From: Chromera velia
Taxonomy: Eukaryota
Reading direction: 5' to 3'
Length of the DNA: 58,730 nucleotides
Assembly: GCA_018398765.1 (NCBI GenBank)
Contig: JAHBMJ010000044.1
Span: forward strand, 1-58,730
Made by a program: the position numbers and the translations under genes
The notes under the pieces: generated by a model
Databases searched by the model: none
Seen by the model: only the letters and a program-made list of their open reading frames with translations
Told to the model about the DNA's origin: nothing
Part shown: positions 38,487 to 51,917 of the stretch, piece after piece
Numbering within the stretch: position 1 is the first letter of the stretch
How the letters are laid out: the number at the start of each line of letters is the position of its first letter

Positions 38487-41400
38487 ACACCCCCCACTCG
38501 TTTCCCCAAAACTCTTTTATTTAAAGATTTATAAGGATACAAGTGCAGCACACCGTTTAATCAAATCAAAACAGTTTGGCTTCTCGCAGAGGGAAATCTA
38601 GAGACAAAGAGAAGAGATGAGAGGGAAGGAGAAGACAGTCTGAAAATCAAAGAGAGCAAAGTACTGTGTAAAGAAGAAAACCAACACCTCTTTTCACTCT
38701 CTTCCTTTTCTTCCCCCTTCGCTCACCACCAGACAGCTCGAGTGAGCACATCAGCCTTCTGAAACTCCCTCTTCACCCATATGACCTGTGCATCGAGACC
38801 CTCACCCCCAATCTCCTGCATAAGGTAGTCGAGGGTGCCCTGCATGTGGGGTTCTGAACACGTGCCAATCCGGACTCGATCTGGTCGTACAGAGGCTTGC
38901 TGTCCGTGACCATAATCACTCTCGGCAGCTTCCTAAAGAGGCGGAAAGCAATGTCACGCGTCTTGTAGGCGGCCTTTACGCCATCCACCATCGACACCAT
39001 CTCACAGGAGGTGGAAGAGATGAACTTCTGCTTCATTCTCTTGGAACCACACGCGACAAGGTTCCACTCGTCATCACTCTCAAGCCTTCACGTCGTATCG
39101 ACTAGGAAATGCATCCAAGCCTGACGTCCTTCCTTTGACAGAGTGAAGAAGAAAGAGTTATTGAAGATGTAGAGGAGGAGAGTGGAGATGTTGATCCCTC
39201 TAAGCTCAAGGGAAAACGGTCTCTCTTTCAGTGCCTGCAACACGAGTACCAGACACTCCATCAGCTTTTTGCTGACGCAATTCGCCCTCGAAGAGAGAAT
39301 TGAGAAGAACGGCTGCACTTTTGGTTCGGTACGGACGGCCCACCCTAGAGTGCCAATGAGGGACTGGTAGCGCGGCTTGAGGGACAGATCGATCATGTCG
39401 TCCTCCGGCACCTTCAGGTCCTCCTCTCTCACCACACGCTTCTTCTCAGGAAGAAGATCATCAACGCACAGCGAGTTGAGGAAAGAGGCCTGAGACAGGG
39501 ACATGTTCTTTCCCTGTCTCATCTGCTCAATGCCCACAAACTTTGCCGCCTCGCCGTCGACGACTCGCACGAGGCTGCCGAGAGACAGCCTGTGCCCGTA
39601 CTTGCTGAAGATCTCCTCGATGTCCATCGCACCTCCCTCAAAGTCGTCAACATGGTGATAGATGACAGCGTTGACCTCGTTGGCGTTCGTCTCTCTTCGC
39701 ATGTGAATGGACTCATCGATCTCCTCAAAGCCCAGCTCTTTCAACTCAGTCTTTGCCTTGGTTGAAAACATCCTTACCGAACCAGGCTTTCCATAGAGAG
39801 CCTTGTCAGTGATGTAGATCTCACCCTCCTTCAACTCTTTCCTCTTCTTCTTCACGATCTTGTGGTGCTCATCGGTGAACTTGCTCAACTCCTCCGGCTT
39901 CTTATCTGGGAAATCAGGGAGAATCCTGATTCCGGAAACTCGGATCCCGATCTTCTTGTCACAGATATGCTCTGCCTGGAGGAAAGCCCCAGACACATCG
40001 GCCTTCATCATGGAGAAGTCCTTGGAGAGCATGTAGATGATGGCGATGTAGATGGAATAAATGCTTGGGGTGCCGGCATACGTCGGCATCTCTCTAGGGT
40101 CCTTGAACTCTTGAGAATACACCCTCGCGTTCGTGTCCTTCTCTCCCATCTCCCCGTTCTCCTTCCATATGAAACGAGCACTGAGGGGCAGAACGGCTAC
40201 CACCTCATCACGGTCCACCTTCTTTCCGAGCACGGAGTTCAGAAAGATTTTTGCCCACTCTTTGATGAGGGCACCGTTGAAGATGCCGCTGTTAATCTCC
40301 TCTCTGGTAGCTGGCCTCTGAGCAGTGCCACCAGAGAACTTCATCGGGGTCGCCATAGTCATGAGAGCAGTCTCTCTCATCCGTAGAAAAGCAGTGAAGT
40401 CTGCGGGAATGACGTCAACGTCAACAAGCACAGGCACCTCCTCAATCAGGGCAGCACCTGTCCCGTTACTATCGATCTCGCTCTTCTGCACAGCATCCAT
40501 GATCTCTTTGGAGACCTCTCCATTCATCATCGTGAAGAGGCAAACGATCTGGGCCTTCTCGACACGGCAGATCTCACTCGGTCTCCATGTGCCCAGAGGG
40601 TCCATCCTCATCAGAGCAACCTCAGCAGACTTCTTTCTCATCTTACTGATCAGCTTTACGGGCTGTAGCACTCTATCGATCTCTGCAAGAGCGCTACAAA
40701 TAGGGCGCGAAGGGGAAACCTCCTTGACTGATACAAGAGGCACCATCGGTTCTGGAATCTCCTCAAACTTATATTCCATGTCCTTGTAGTAGTTATGGCC
40801 GTACTTGTTCTTCTCTCCATCCTCAGTGCCACCCCCCACTCCAACCCCATTCCCTCTGCCTGTACGTCGCACTGCTCTGCCCAGCTACGCTTCCTCCACC
40901 CCCCGACGCACTGGCTTCAGGACGATGGGGTACAGCTTGCAGACAGTCCATCTCTCTGTCTCCGGAGGGTAATACAACACCTCACATAAAGTGTCGTTCA
41001 CTGTGTCAATGAACACTCCCTCCATACCAAGAAAAGAGAGAGACTTGTCAGCAGAAGGGGGCTTAAAAACGACAGGGTCTCCAAAACGGAGAACAAAAGG
41101 GGGGGGAGACTGAAAACGGCTAAGCCACGGGCTCAGACCTGTCAGGGAAGCAAAGGTCACGTTATGCGTCGGCTCAATGCCGGGGATGAGAACAGGCCAC
41201 ACATAGGCGTCATAGCCAATCTCCTTGAGTGCAGTCCTCAGCATCGTCCTAATCTCCCTGTTTGCAACCTCTACTGCTCCATGGGACTCGGGGCAATGTT
41301 GAGGAGACGGCTCGAGGTAGATGTTGTACTCAGCAGCCAGTTGCTTGGTCTTGCCGAGCTTGAGCACGGTGTCGTTGTCAGATTGGATGATCTTGGGGAT

Positions 41401-41987
41401 GATCTGCTCGGCGATGATCAGATAAAGTAGATGCTGGTCGGCCTCGTCCTTGGTCTTCAGCACACGAAGGCTTCACCATTGGTGCAAGAGCTCGACGAGG
41501 ACGCTGATGATGTGTACGCCTCCGTGCCCTACCTCCTTCACGAACATCAGGTCCCATCACCACTCCTCACCGAACTTCTTCCCATCACGCCGCTGTCGGC
41601 TTCTCGGTGGTGTAGATCTCACAGCGTTCCTCTGCTCACAGATGTCGCAGTTCTTCCAGGCCTTGTCAAGGACGTCTCTCCAGGCCACCAAACTATTCTC
41701 CTTCAATGTGCCTACCAACCGTTCTTTGCCATAGTGTAGGAGGCGGCGGTACCACGTCATTGCAGTCTCGTAAGAGACGGTAGACAGTCGGTGCGGGGAG
41801 GCGTACACTCGCTCAGCGCTCTGCATGACAACATACGGAATGTTGTAGGATGGATCTCCTCTGGGGCAGTCAATGCGGAACTTTTTCAGCTCGCTGGAGA
41901 TGGCATCGATGATTACAAACCACGAGTCGGCAGCCGTCTCCATCAGAACTAGCTTGTGGGGTCGAAGAAGCGGTTCCACTGACAGAG

Positions 41988-42392
41988 AATCGTTTTTATT
42001 TCGCATTTCTCTCTCCTTTCTGCCTGTTTCTGGTGTTCTCCATTGACTCTCTTTCATATGTATATCTTTCAACGTGCGTGCAGAAACCTCTCTCTCTCTC
42101 TCAGAATCTGAGTGTGTGTGAGTGTAGATGTGTGTGTGTGTGTAGTGCACATGGGTGGGTGTGTATGTATATATGTATGTATGTATTAATTTATGTACAG
42201 TATGTTGGTGCGTGTCTGTTTGCATGTGCATGTGGTGTATGTGTATATGTATATGTGCGCGCGCGTATGTATATATATGAGTGTGTATGTACCCCTGTGT
42301 ATGTATGTGTGTGTGTGTGTATGTGTCTGTGTGTGTGTGTGTGTGTATGTGTGTGTGTGTATGTGTGTGTATATGTGTATGTGTATGTGTGA

Positions 42393-42457
<65 letters not shown>

Positions 42458-42793
42458 TGTATGTATGTATGTGTATATGTATATGTGTATGTGTATGTGT
42501 GAGTGTGTATGTGTATGTGTATATATGTGTGTGTGTGTGTTGTATGTATGTTATATGTATGTTGTGTGTGTGTTATCTATGTATCTGTTGTATGTATGTA
42601 TATGTGTGTGTGTGTATGTGTGTGTGTATGTGTGTGTGTATGTGTATGTGTGCGTGCATGTGTGCGTGCGTGCGTGCATGTATATATATGTGTATGTGTG
42701 TGTGTGTGGTGTGTGTGTGTATGTGTGTGTGTGTATATGTATGTGTCTGTGTCTGTGTCTGTGTCTATGTCTGTATCTGTATCTGTGTCTGTG

Positions 42794-42832
<39 letters not shown>

Positions 42833-42874
42833 TGTATGTATGTGTATGTCTATCTGTGTGTGTATGTGTATGTC

Positions 42875-42942
<68 letters not shown>

Positions 42943-43144
42943 TGTATATGTATGTGTGTGTGTGTGTATATGTATGAGTCGGTTGTGTGTGAGTCGATGT
43001 GTGTGTATGTGTGAGTCGGTATATGTGTATGTATGTGTGTGTGTGTATATGTGTGTGTGTATGTGTGTGTGTGTGTATGTGTGTGTGTGTGTGCGTATAT
43101 GTATATATGTATATGTATGACATTGTGTATATGTGTGTGTATGT

Positions 43145-43190
<46 letters not shown>

Positions 43191-43234
43191 ACGCGTGCAT
43201 GCGTATGTCTCAGTTCGGTATGTGTATGTGTGTG

Positions 43235-43283
<49 letters not shown>

Positions 43284-43351
43284 ATGTCTGTGTCTGTATC
43301 TGTGTCTGTGTCTATGTCTTATGTGTGTATGTGTGTGTGTGTGTGTATATA

Positions 43352-43382
<31 letters not shown>

Positions 43383-43387
43383 ATCTA

Positions 43388-43459
<72 letters not shown>

Positions 43460-44119
43460 TGCGTGTGTATGTATGTGTATGTGTGTGTGTATGTGTGTGT
43501 GTATGTGTGTGTGTGTGTGTATGTGTATGTGTACGCGTCTGTGTATCCGCGCAGCCGTATAACGAGCACTTTCTCATCTATGGCATTTCCAGGATCATAC
43601 AAAAAAACAGTCTTGCAGCACCATCATACTTCTATGATCGACTCACAGTTAGAGCACAATAGAGTACAATATAGTATAATGGAGCCGGAGTATAGATGTA
43701 TAGCCTTAGGGAAAAGTAGGAATTAAAAAAAAAAATGATTTGAAAAAAAATTCTTACTAACTCTGATCGCGTAAATTATTTTGAGTTGATCTTCTGAAGC
43801 TTTTGAAAAAAGGTTTTTAAAAAATATTATGATGTATATATGATCAAGTAACTAAATCCTAGTCTAGATCCTAGTATAGACACACTGGTACAAACATACA
43901 AGATCTTACTACTAGTAGTAGTACTGTAGTATACCGCCCTCCACTAGCTGCTACAAAAAAAATATGAGGACAATAAATAGATTTAACACACATGTTATAA
44001 TTTAAAAAGATGTTTACAAATGTTTTTACATGATTTAAACATCAGGAATTATTGTGATTTTACTTTAATTAACTAAAAAAAATTAAAAATATTTGGAGTC
44101 GGAATTAGTGTTAGAGTTA
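41988..44119. other. ~2.1 kb insertion interrupting pol between protease and integrase
   Basis: Pol reads ...KRDHV on the right side and LSVEPLL... on the left. The insert is a microsatellite plus an AT-rich unique segment. Boundaries are +/- a few nt. Confidence 0.8.
42110..43535. repeat. Compound (TG/TA/TATG/TCTG/TC)n microsatellite
   Basis: Directly visible. Confidence 0.98.
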
Positions 44120-45751
44120 ACATGGTCCCGTTTTCACATAGACCCGTCGTCCTTGTCTCTCACGAGATACGCTCTGTGATGCACAGGCATGCACAGACCC
44201 GTCTGCTTCTCAGTGAAAGGGAAACGGAAGAAAGCATCCTCATGGACCTCCAGCTTCACTCCCATCTCGGCTTAGTTGATCTTTCGGTTGATCTCCTCAC
44301 TCCAGATAACGTACTTGCGGTAGTACTCGGGGAAGATGGATCTCGAAGCTCCAGTGTCGAGGTAGGCAATGTCAGACTCCCAGAACTCTCTCTGGGCAGA
44401 CCTTGAAGGTCGACACACCTGGATTATCCAGGCAGTCTCTCTCATGCCAGTAGCACGGCCGTCGACAATGCCCACTCGCTGATCATCTTGGCCGAACGTC
44501 GCTGTCTGCACCTCCGTACCCTACCTGTCGGTAACCATACCCACTCTGTCACCCGATTGCTGCAAGTCCGGACAATCCGCTTGCTTGTGTCCGTACTGCT
44601 TGCAATTATGACACTTCCCCTTGAAGGTCGAACTCGAGCTCCCTTGCCCGGACTGAGAACTTCCATGACCACCACCTCGGAGTCTACCTCTGCCTCTCCC
44701 TGCTTGTCCTCCTCCTCGAGAGCTGCTGCTGGACGGCTGCTCACTAGCACCACCAGAACTGTGCCCACTGGCACCACCCCTGTGTTTACCTCCTCTGCCG
44801 CAGCCGTTGCCACGTCCATATCCACGACCTCAACCACAAAGGCCACCAGGCACCCGAGGCCCGATCTCCCCAGGTCCTGCAAACAGGGCAATCTCAAGCC
44901 CCCGACGAGTCACCTGCTTGCTGGGCTTCTTCCCAGCCAGCACCTGCACAAGGGAATTCCCAGCTGCAGATGCAAGCTCCTTGATCTCACGTAAGATCGC
45001 CTTAGGGTCGTGCGGTTCCTGTTTGAGGGTGATCCTCAAGATCGTCTGCAACTCAAGGGGGACAGCATTCATGAGGTATTCCGCCTTCTTCTTCTTCAGG
45101 ATTTTCACACCGAACTGGACAGCCTGTGCCTCCAGGTTCCTCCACTCAGTGGCTATGAGTGAGAGATTGGCGGTGAAAGCTCCCCTCTTCTTGTAAAAGG
45201 CGTCGTACTTTGCGGTGATGGCATCTTTCATATCCACGTCCTCGATTCCAAAGGCCCAGTCCACCGCCGCCCACACCTCTCTCCTGAAGAGGGGGTAGTT
45301 AACCCTTGCTGGGTCCACCTTGGGGAGACCGAGGTCGTCGAGCACCGGCTCCATCTCATCGTCGTCTCCCACTCCTTCTCCTGCAGCTCCCTCCTCCTCT
45401 CCCCCTTCCTCGTCATCCTCCAGGTTGAATGCACCTGCATTCCGTTGCATGAACACATCAAGGACTGTCGAATGCACATGTTTGACAGCCTTGACTGCAT
45501 TCAAAATCTAAGAGGGCTCAAGATGCAGTCTTCTCGCTTGGGTTAAGCCAAGCCACGCAGGGTCAGTCATCTTCATCTCTTGGACTGCGATCAGATTCTT
45601 CCAGGAAAGGATTTAATCAGTAGCCCCTAACAGGAGAAAATACTGTCGGGGACCCGGGCCCTTGGCTCTGCCATCTTTCATACAGATAGACCAAATAAGG
45701 AGAGAAAGGGAAGGATGAAAGGTGATCAGCTCAAAAAAGTTGCCTCAAGTG

Positions 45752-45764
45752 CCTGGAAGCACCA
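45752..45764 (-). promoter_or_regulatory. Primer-binding site TGGTGCTTCCAGG
   Basis: Abuts the 5' LTR and is complementary to a tRNA 3' end ...UGGAAGCACCA. Confidence 0.65.
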
Positions 45765-46305
45765 CAGAAAAGTGTGATACTAGCTGTCCCACCATACAAC
45801 TAGAGGAGATGGCAATATAACTGAATCACCTCACATCCATTCACCAACTTACAGAAGGAGTCTGTCCAACTAGAGCAGAGTCATCAGCTTCTATCTGTTC
45901 AAATCAATCTAGTGACTGTCAATAAAAGAATATTTCCTACGCGTGCGTATAGCTTTTGAATCTATACTGCTTTCTAGTCATACTCAAACTCGAGAGGCCC
46001 AAAGCAAGTCAATATCAACACGATCAACTCAAAGACACATGAAAATTCCGACTTGCCACAGCCAACCATCACTGTCACTCAGTCATTTATGAAGTGATCA
46101 GTGCTTAGCTAGCTACGCTCGATGTGCTACACTCTATATTGAAGCAAGCTGTCTCAATCAAGTCAGCCTTTCAAGTATGCTCTTCAATTCAGTCTGCCTG
46201 CATGCGCGCCCCAGACCACCACGCTTCATCGCGCATCCGGATTTGTAGGGCGCTTCTCGCTCGTATTGCACGCATTCTCGCTCGCATCGCGCATACACTT
46301 TTCAT
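45763..46305 (-). repeat. 5' LTR of copia element
   Basis: Direct repeat of 37944-38486, followed on the minus strand by a TGG-starting PBS. Confidence 0.92.
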
Positions 46306-46969
46306 AGAAACCCCCCCCCTCCACAGGAAAAAAGCCCAGCAGCCATCTGACACTAGATCTGACGCACGCATGGCACAAATCCAGCCTTTTGGGGCCGGGT
46401 TTTTGGCGAAAGACTATAGCGTGCATGCATATGGGCTGGGGTATTTTTAATTGTTAAACAAGCCTTAGGGTTCGTGGATGCATAGCACGTCCCAGCATAC
46501 CAGCAGCTACGGGCCCATCTCCCATCTTATACCGCCATCTCATCTCCCATCTCACGCTCATCTCAGGCATGTATATGTATGGATCCACATTCTTCCCCCC
46601 GTTCTTCTCCCCTCCCACCATCACCACCATGATCGTCAAACTGTCAATAGAAAAATCTGTGGACATGTTTCTGCTCTTTTGATATCGTCTCCAGCTAGAG
46701 ACAAGTGCTTTTCAGTTTTTTTCGTGAGCCTTTTTGTTCTTTTTCAGCCAACACCCCGGCAACACTCTCAGGATTGGGGCTTTTCAGCATGCCGAATGAT
46801 CCAAAGCCCCTCTGGCGATGGCTGTAAAGCTTCGCAGACTGTGCAAAACGGGGGGAAAAGCTAGAAGGGAGGGGGTGCAATCCTTGGGCAAAGACCTGCA
46901 AAGACCCTGCCTCACCTTTTTTATTAAAAACTCAAGAAATGCCCCAAATTTAGTTATGGACAGCCCAGT

Positions 46970-49900
46970 GTGTTGGGCAAAATTCCTTGTTCTTGTCATT
47001 TTGATGGTTTGGAGGGTGGGCGCCTTGCTATTGAGAGGTTCGAACAGGACATAACAGGACTAATCACTGATGGAAGTGCACAAGAGGGAGCTAAGGATGC
47101 ACGTGATTGCCTACAACAGGCAAGTCGTTTCGGCCCCTTTGTTGCTAAACCCTCCTCCAGCTACAGCCGCTGCACAGTAGGAAGACCAGCAGGAGGAAAA
47201 GGATGACATTCCCCCGAGCCTTTGCGACTCGGCGTCTGAGGTGAGCTCTGATGAAGATGGAGATGATGTGGAGAGAAGAAGAAAGGGGGGGAAGAAAGAA
47301 TGGGCAAAGCATGAAAAGAAGGGGAGGAGGAAGAGGAAGGGAGACCCTTCTCTAGCTGTAGCTGCTGCTACTGCGGCTGCTGCACACAAGAAAGAGAATG
47401 GCATGCCGGGCCTTTGGGACTCGGAGGACGAGGCGAGCTCTGACTCGGAGGACAAGGCGAGCTCTGATGAAAATGAAGTGGAGATCGTCAGTGAGGTCCG
47501 ACGAGCTGAGGAACACCCACCGGCTGGCTGCGTCCTCAACGCTGAGCCAAAAGAGAGGGCGTGGCCTGGAGTGCTAGCTTTCCAAGAGGCGTTTGTGCAG
47601 CGGCAACTGAGCCAGAGGCAGGCCAAACTCCATTCGGTATCATTCGGTCGGAGGATGGCTTCGCCCCGAGGATGAGCAACGCCCTCTGCATCATGTGCCG
47701 GACGTAAGTATCTTCAGCTCTGTTTGTTCAAGTGTTTTCTTTGTCCCCTCCTTTATTTTTTCTCTCCCCCCCCCCTCCTCTGCCTCCTTGCTTGCCCTTC
47801 CCTTGCACCTGTTTTCTTTTCTTCTCCCTTGTCTTCTTCTCTTTCCCCGCTTTATCCGTGCAGCCGACTGACTACTATACAAAAGGCGTGTACGTATGCA
47901 ATCCGGCACATGACAAGCGACTCTGCCATCACTTGCCTGACGGGTGTGTGACTTGTGGTGACTGTGGGGGGAGAATGTCCAAGAGAGGAAACGTCCCCGG
48001 CAATCCATTCCGGCGTGTGATTGGACCTTCAAACGATTTCTACGTCATAGGAGTCGTGTACTCTTGTGACAATCAGAACTGCAGGAAATTCTGCACAGGG
48101 GTGCATTCAACATCGCACAGATTCGTCTGCAGCCTCCCAGAGCCTGTCCAACGTCTTCTGCCTTTTGCAGTTATACAAAAAGAACGAATCGACACTTTGG
48201 TCTCCACGGAGGCCCTGGCAGACCTCCAGCGGACAGCAGCGGTCAGCCCGCCCTTCCTTCTCCCTTTCTTTTCATGCTTCCCCCCTAGGCTTCCCCCATT
48301 CTTTCTTCCCCCCTTTTCTTCTTCTTCCACCTCCCTCCTCATTTTTTCTTGCCTCATGTTTTTTCATTCACCTTCTTCCCCCTTTTCTTTCCCCCCCGGC
48401 CCCATCCCCCCCCTCTTCTTTCTGACCCTTCTTTCCTTTTTCTTCTCTGCAGGCAACAGGCATGCCCGTCACTGAACTCGTTCGTAGGTGGGACCACCAG
48501 AGAAAGCAAGAGTTCCTCTCGAAGTCCGTCGAGTACTTTCTGGATGTGCAGGCTTACAAAAAGTCTCTACCATGCTTAATGAGTCAAAACCAGAATAGAG
48601 AGGTACGTAGACGTGCTGGTTAATCCATATTTTCTTCTGCTTTTTTCTCAGCTCCTTCTTCATTTTTTCTGTCAAGCATCTTTCTATTAATTCCCTTCCA
48701 CAAATTCCCCCCTCTTCGGAATCCCACTACTCTTCCCCCTTACAGTTTTTCTTCCACCACTCCTTGGAGCTTCTTTTACATATTTTATGAATCTTTCCTC
48801 CTCTTCTTCTTCTTTGTTTTTATCTTACAGTTTCCTTCTTTTGGGTCAGAAGAGGACCTTCTCGGCTACGGATGCACGAAGATCAATTCCGAGACCCTCC
48901 GCAAACTGTTTCTTGCAGATTTCGCCGAGCGTGAGCGGTACGCACTTGCTCTACTGTCGAAAAACTGTGGACAGTACCTCCGCTACGACCACACATTCAT
49001 TCCTGAAGCCAAAAAGACAGCAGGGACATCCTGTGTCTGGACGCTGATGAACGAGGACAAGATGATTGTCTTTCTCTTTCTCTCTTTCTTCCCCCTCAAA
49101 GTTTAATCAATTTTGTGTTCCCTAGTGTGTTCCCCCTTTTTTTCCCTCTTATTTTTTCTTCCCTCTTTTAATATGTGTGACCTTTCCCCTTCTTTCGAAT
49201 GACCATCTGCAGGTGATTTCGAAAGCCAACATGGAGAGAGAGAGAATCGAGAATAAGAAAAAAATTTGGGCTGTTGAGTACCTTTACACTCGTTCACAGG
49301 AAATTGTGGACAAAGCAAAGGAGGAACTGAACGAGAGTGAAGAGGTGAGTGATTGTGAGTAATAGAAAAAACATTTTTCATCCCTAGTTTCATTTTCCCC
49401 CCCCTTTACATCAAATTTTCTATCCTTCTCTCTTTTTCTTTCTTTCTTTCTTTCTTTCTTTCTTTTTTTCTTTCTTGTCCTTCTCCCCTCTCACTCTTTT
49501 CTTCTTCCTCCTCCCTGTCTCTTTTACCGATGGCACCTTATGTGAAAATTTGTATACACGTTCTTTAATATGCAGGTGCTGCGAGCAGTTGAGCGTCTGA
49601 GTCGACAAATAGCGTTGTGCCAGTCTGAAGAAGAGAACAGCCAGTCTGAGGAGGGGATTGAGGAAATTGTTAAGATTGCTCAAAGAGACGGCAGTCAGCC
49701 TGAGGATGATATTGCAGAGCCGGAGAATGGTGACGCGCTTTACCTCTCTGCGGTCGACATCGTCGCAGAGACATGGGAGGATGAGATGGCTGACATCGAA
49801 TCTTCCTCTGCTCCCCTCAATCCATCTGATATTCCAGAGATCCCTCGGTCAGCCACTGACTGCTTTGAATTCTCTCCTAACGTTTCTCTCCCTTTGTTTT

Positions 49901-51174
49901 TTTCCCCTCCGTTTTTTCTTTTAGTTTTTTTTTTCCGCGTTTGTTTCTTTTCCTTCACTTTTCTTTTTCCCCCCCTCTTTTCCCCCCCCGTGATGCTTTC
50001 TTCCCCCCCCCTTTTTTTTTTAGTTTGTTTTTCCTCGTTTGTCTCTTTTCCTTCACTTTTCTTTCCCTCCCCTCTTTTCCCGCCTTCTTTCCCCCCCCCT
50101 GGCATGCTCTCTTTCCCCCCCTTCTCTTTCTTTCTTCCCCCCTCCTTTTTTTTTTTCGCTTTTTTCTGCTCTCTTCCCCTTCCTTTCTATCTCGCCCCCT
50201 GGAAGCCCCTTGTTTTCTCTCCGTTTCTCTCTCCTCCCTTATCCCCCTTTTAAATAACGCTGGGCAGCGCACAAGGCTCCTGCAGGCTGCAAAGCCAAGG
50301 GAGTGGGGAGATGATATAAAGAAATTCGTCCGGGAGCAGGCGGAGCTTCACAAGAGGGATCTGAAGAAGATCTTCATTGCGCTGGAGAAGAAAAGACTTC
50401 AGTCAGTCAATCTTTAAATTTTCACCGTTTCTTTTGCCCTGTTTATTCTTCTTTCTTTTTTTAATTCCTTCTTGTTTCTTTCTCCCCTTTTTGATTCCTT
50501 TCCCCCCCTTTTTCCCCCTTTTATCTGAAAGTAATTTATCTCTTTCTCCCTTGTTCTTTCTTGCAGACAACAGAGAGAGGATGACAGACGCCCAGGCGAT
50601 CAAGTTAACCTCACGTACGTACATCAAGGAATTTTTGGACGCTGAGGACTCGAGGGCCGGAACTCAATCGGCTATGACATCGAGCTCAATCCACGCCAAC
50701 GCACTTGCAGAGAACCACCTCCCTTCGAATGTGGCACCTAGGGGAAATCAAAAGTACGAGCGAGCGCAGATCAGACTGAGCAGTGCCGAAGATGCCCCTG
50801 GCCCGGAGAGCTATGACTTTGGCACCTCTGCGCTGCAGGCATACATTGAGACGGCCAAAGAGATAAGAAAAAAAGTGCTAGCAGGCACCCTTATCCAGCC
50901 AAAAACTCGTTTCAACCTACAGAAGGGAAAGGATATTAGGGTATACTTTTGTCATACTGTAGCGCCTGATGGAAAAGAATGCGGACTTGAGAAGACGCCT
51001 TCGACGCATCCGAAATTTGAGTCCTTCATATGGTATCCGATTGCACATCCCGACCATGCTGCGTGGATGCGTTCCGAGATGGAAGCAAAGAAGACAGCTG
51101 CTGTAAAGCAAAAAGAGGAGCAACAGCTGCGGGGAGTGCTTCTGGTGGCCAGAGGCTGGGGGGCAGGTTTATGA
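46970..51174 (+). pseudogene. Intron-containing DUF6729-like putative DNA transposase, defective
   Basis: Spliced exons 47864-48241, 48453-48602 and 48831-~49067 read YYTKGVYVCNP...CGDCG...RRVIGPSNDFYVIGVVYSC...C...LPEPVQRLLPF...FPSFG...GY...GQYLRYDHTF...WTLMNE. From memory this resembles DUF6729 transposon-like proteins. In-frame TAG at 47177. The start is uncertain. Confidence 0.6.
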
Positions 51175-51401
51175 TAGTTGTGTTGCAATAACACAATCGC
51201 AAGTGTTTTTTATGCATGCATTCTGCTTATGGCTTGCACAGATCTTTCAATCGGAGGAATATAAGAGACTGTGTGTAGATAAACATCATTTAAAATTTAA
51301 AGATGCCATCTTATATCTAATGATTTAAAGTTGTACGTTCTCATTATGAAATGGTAGCGCCGCAGGCAATTTTTTTTTTTTAATCAGTTTTTTGCATCAA
51401 T

Positions 51402-51917
51402 AAGATGCGATCTCGATAAAATGTTTAGTGATGGAGATGGGATCTTGATAAAATCTTCAGTAATGGAGATGGGATCTTGATAAAATCTTTAGCAATGGAG
51501 ATGGGATCTTGATAAAATCTTTAGTGATAGAGATGGGATCTTGATAAAATCTTTAGTGATGGAGATGGGATCTTGATGAAATCTTATTAAGTGATGAAGA
51601 TGGGATCTTGATGAAATCTGTAGGGTAGCCCATAGAGATGGGATCTTAGTGAAATCTTCAGTAATGAAGATGGGATCTTAATTAAATGTTTAGTGATCAT
51701 CTAAGTGATGGAGATGGGATCTTGATGAAATCTTTAGTGATGGAGATGCGATCTTGATAAAATCTTTAGTGATGGAGATAGGATCTTAATGAAATCTTTA
51801 GTCATGGAGATGGGATCTTAGTGAAATCTTTAGTGATAGAAATGGGATCTTGATAAAATCTCAAGTGATGAAGATGGGATCTTCATGCAGAAATTTAGTG
51901 ATAGAGATGGGATCTTT
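51402..51917. repeat. 32 bp minisatellite, about 15-16 copies
   Basis: Unit GAGATGGGATCTTGATAAAATCTTTAGTGATG. Confidence 0.97.

Larger units (their letters stand above)
38723..45576 (-). pseudogene. Copia gag-pol polyprotein pseudogene
   Basis: Zinc knuckle CHNCKQYGHKQADC; protease YLDTGAS; integrase H...CDIC, WDL, SDND and AVE; RT DVSGAFL, KALYG and HVDD; RNase H TDSK and ADVLTR. At least 8 in-frame stops, frameshifting in RNase H and a 2.1 kb insertion. Confidence 0.93.
37944..46305 (-). mobile_element. Full-length, inactivated Ty1/copia LTR retrotransposon
   Basis: Two 543 bp direct repeats; flanking AGAAA at 37939-37943 and 46306-46310 (target-site duplication); domain order gag-PR-IN-RT-RNaseH; PBS and PPT candidates. 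Confidence 0.95.

Noticed and set aside
42033..43726. CV/HT-rich ORFs
   Set aside because: Translations of the (TG)n microsatellite.
41988..44119. Insert as a spliceosomal intron or a Helitron
   Set aside because: No convincing minus-strand polypyrimidine/AG acceptor restoring pol, and no terminal CTRR at the right junction.
45655..45673. Alternative iMet-like PBS (TGGCAGAGCC)
   Set aside because: About 90 nt from the LTR and an imperfect match; the LTR-adjacent site fits better.
51402..51917. CRISPR-like periodic array
   Set aside because: Units are contiguous with no unique spacers, there are no cas genes, and the context is eukaryotic.
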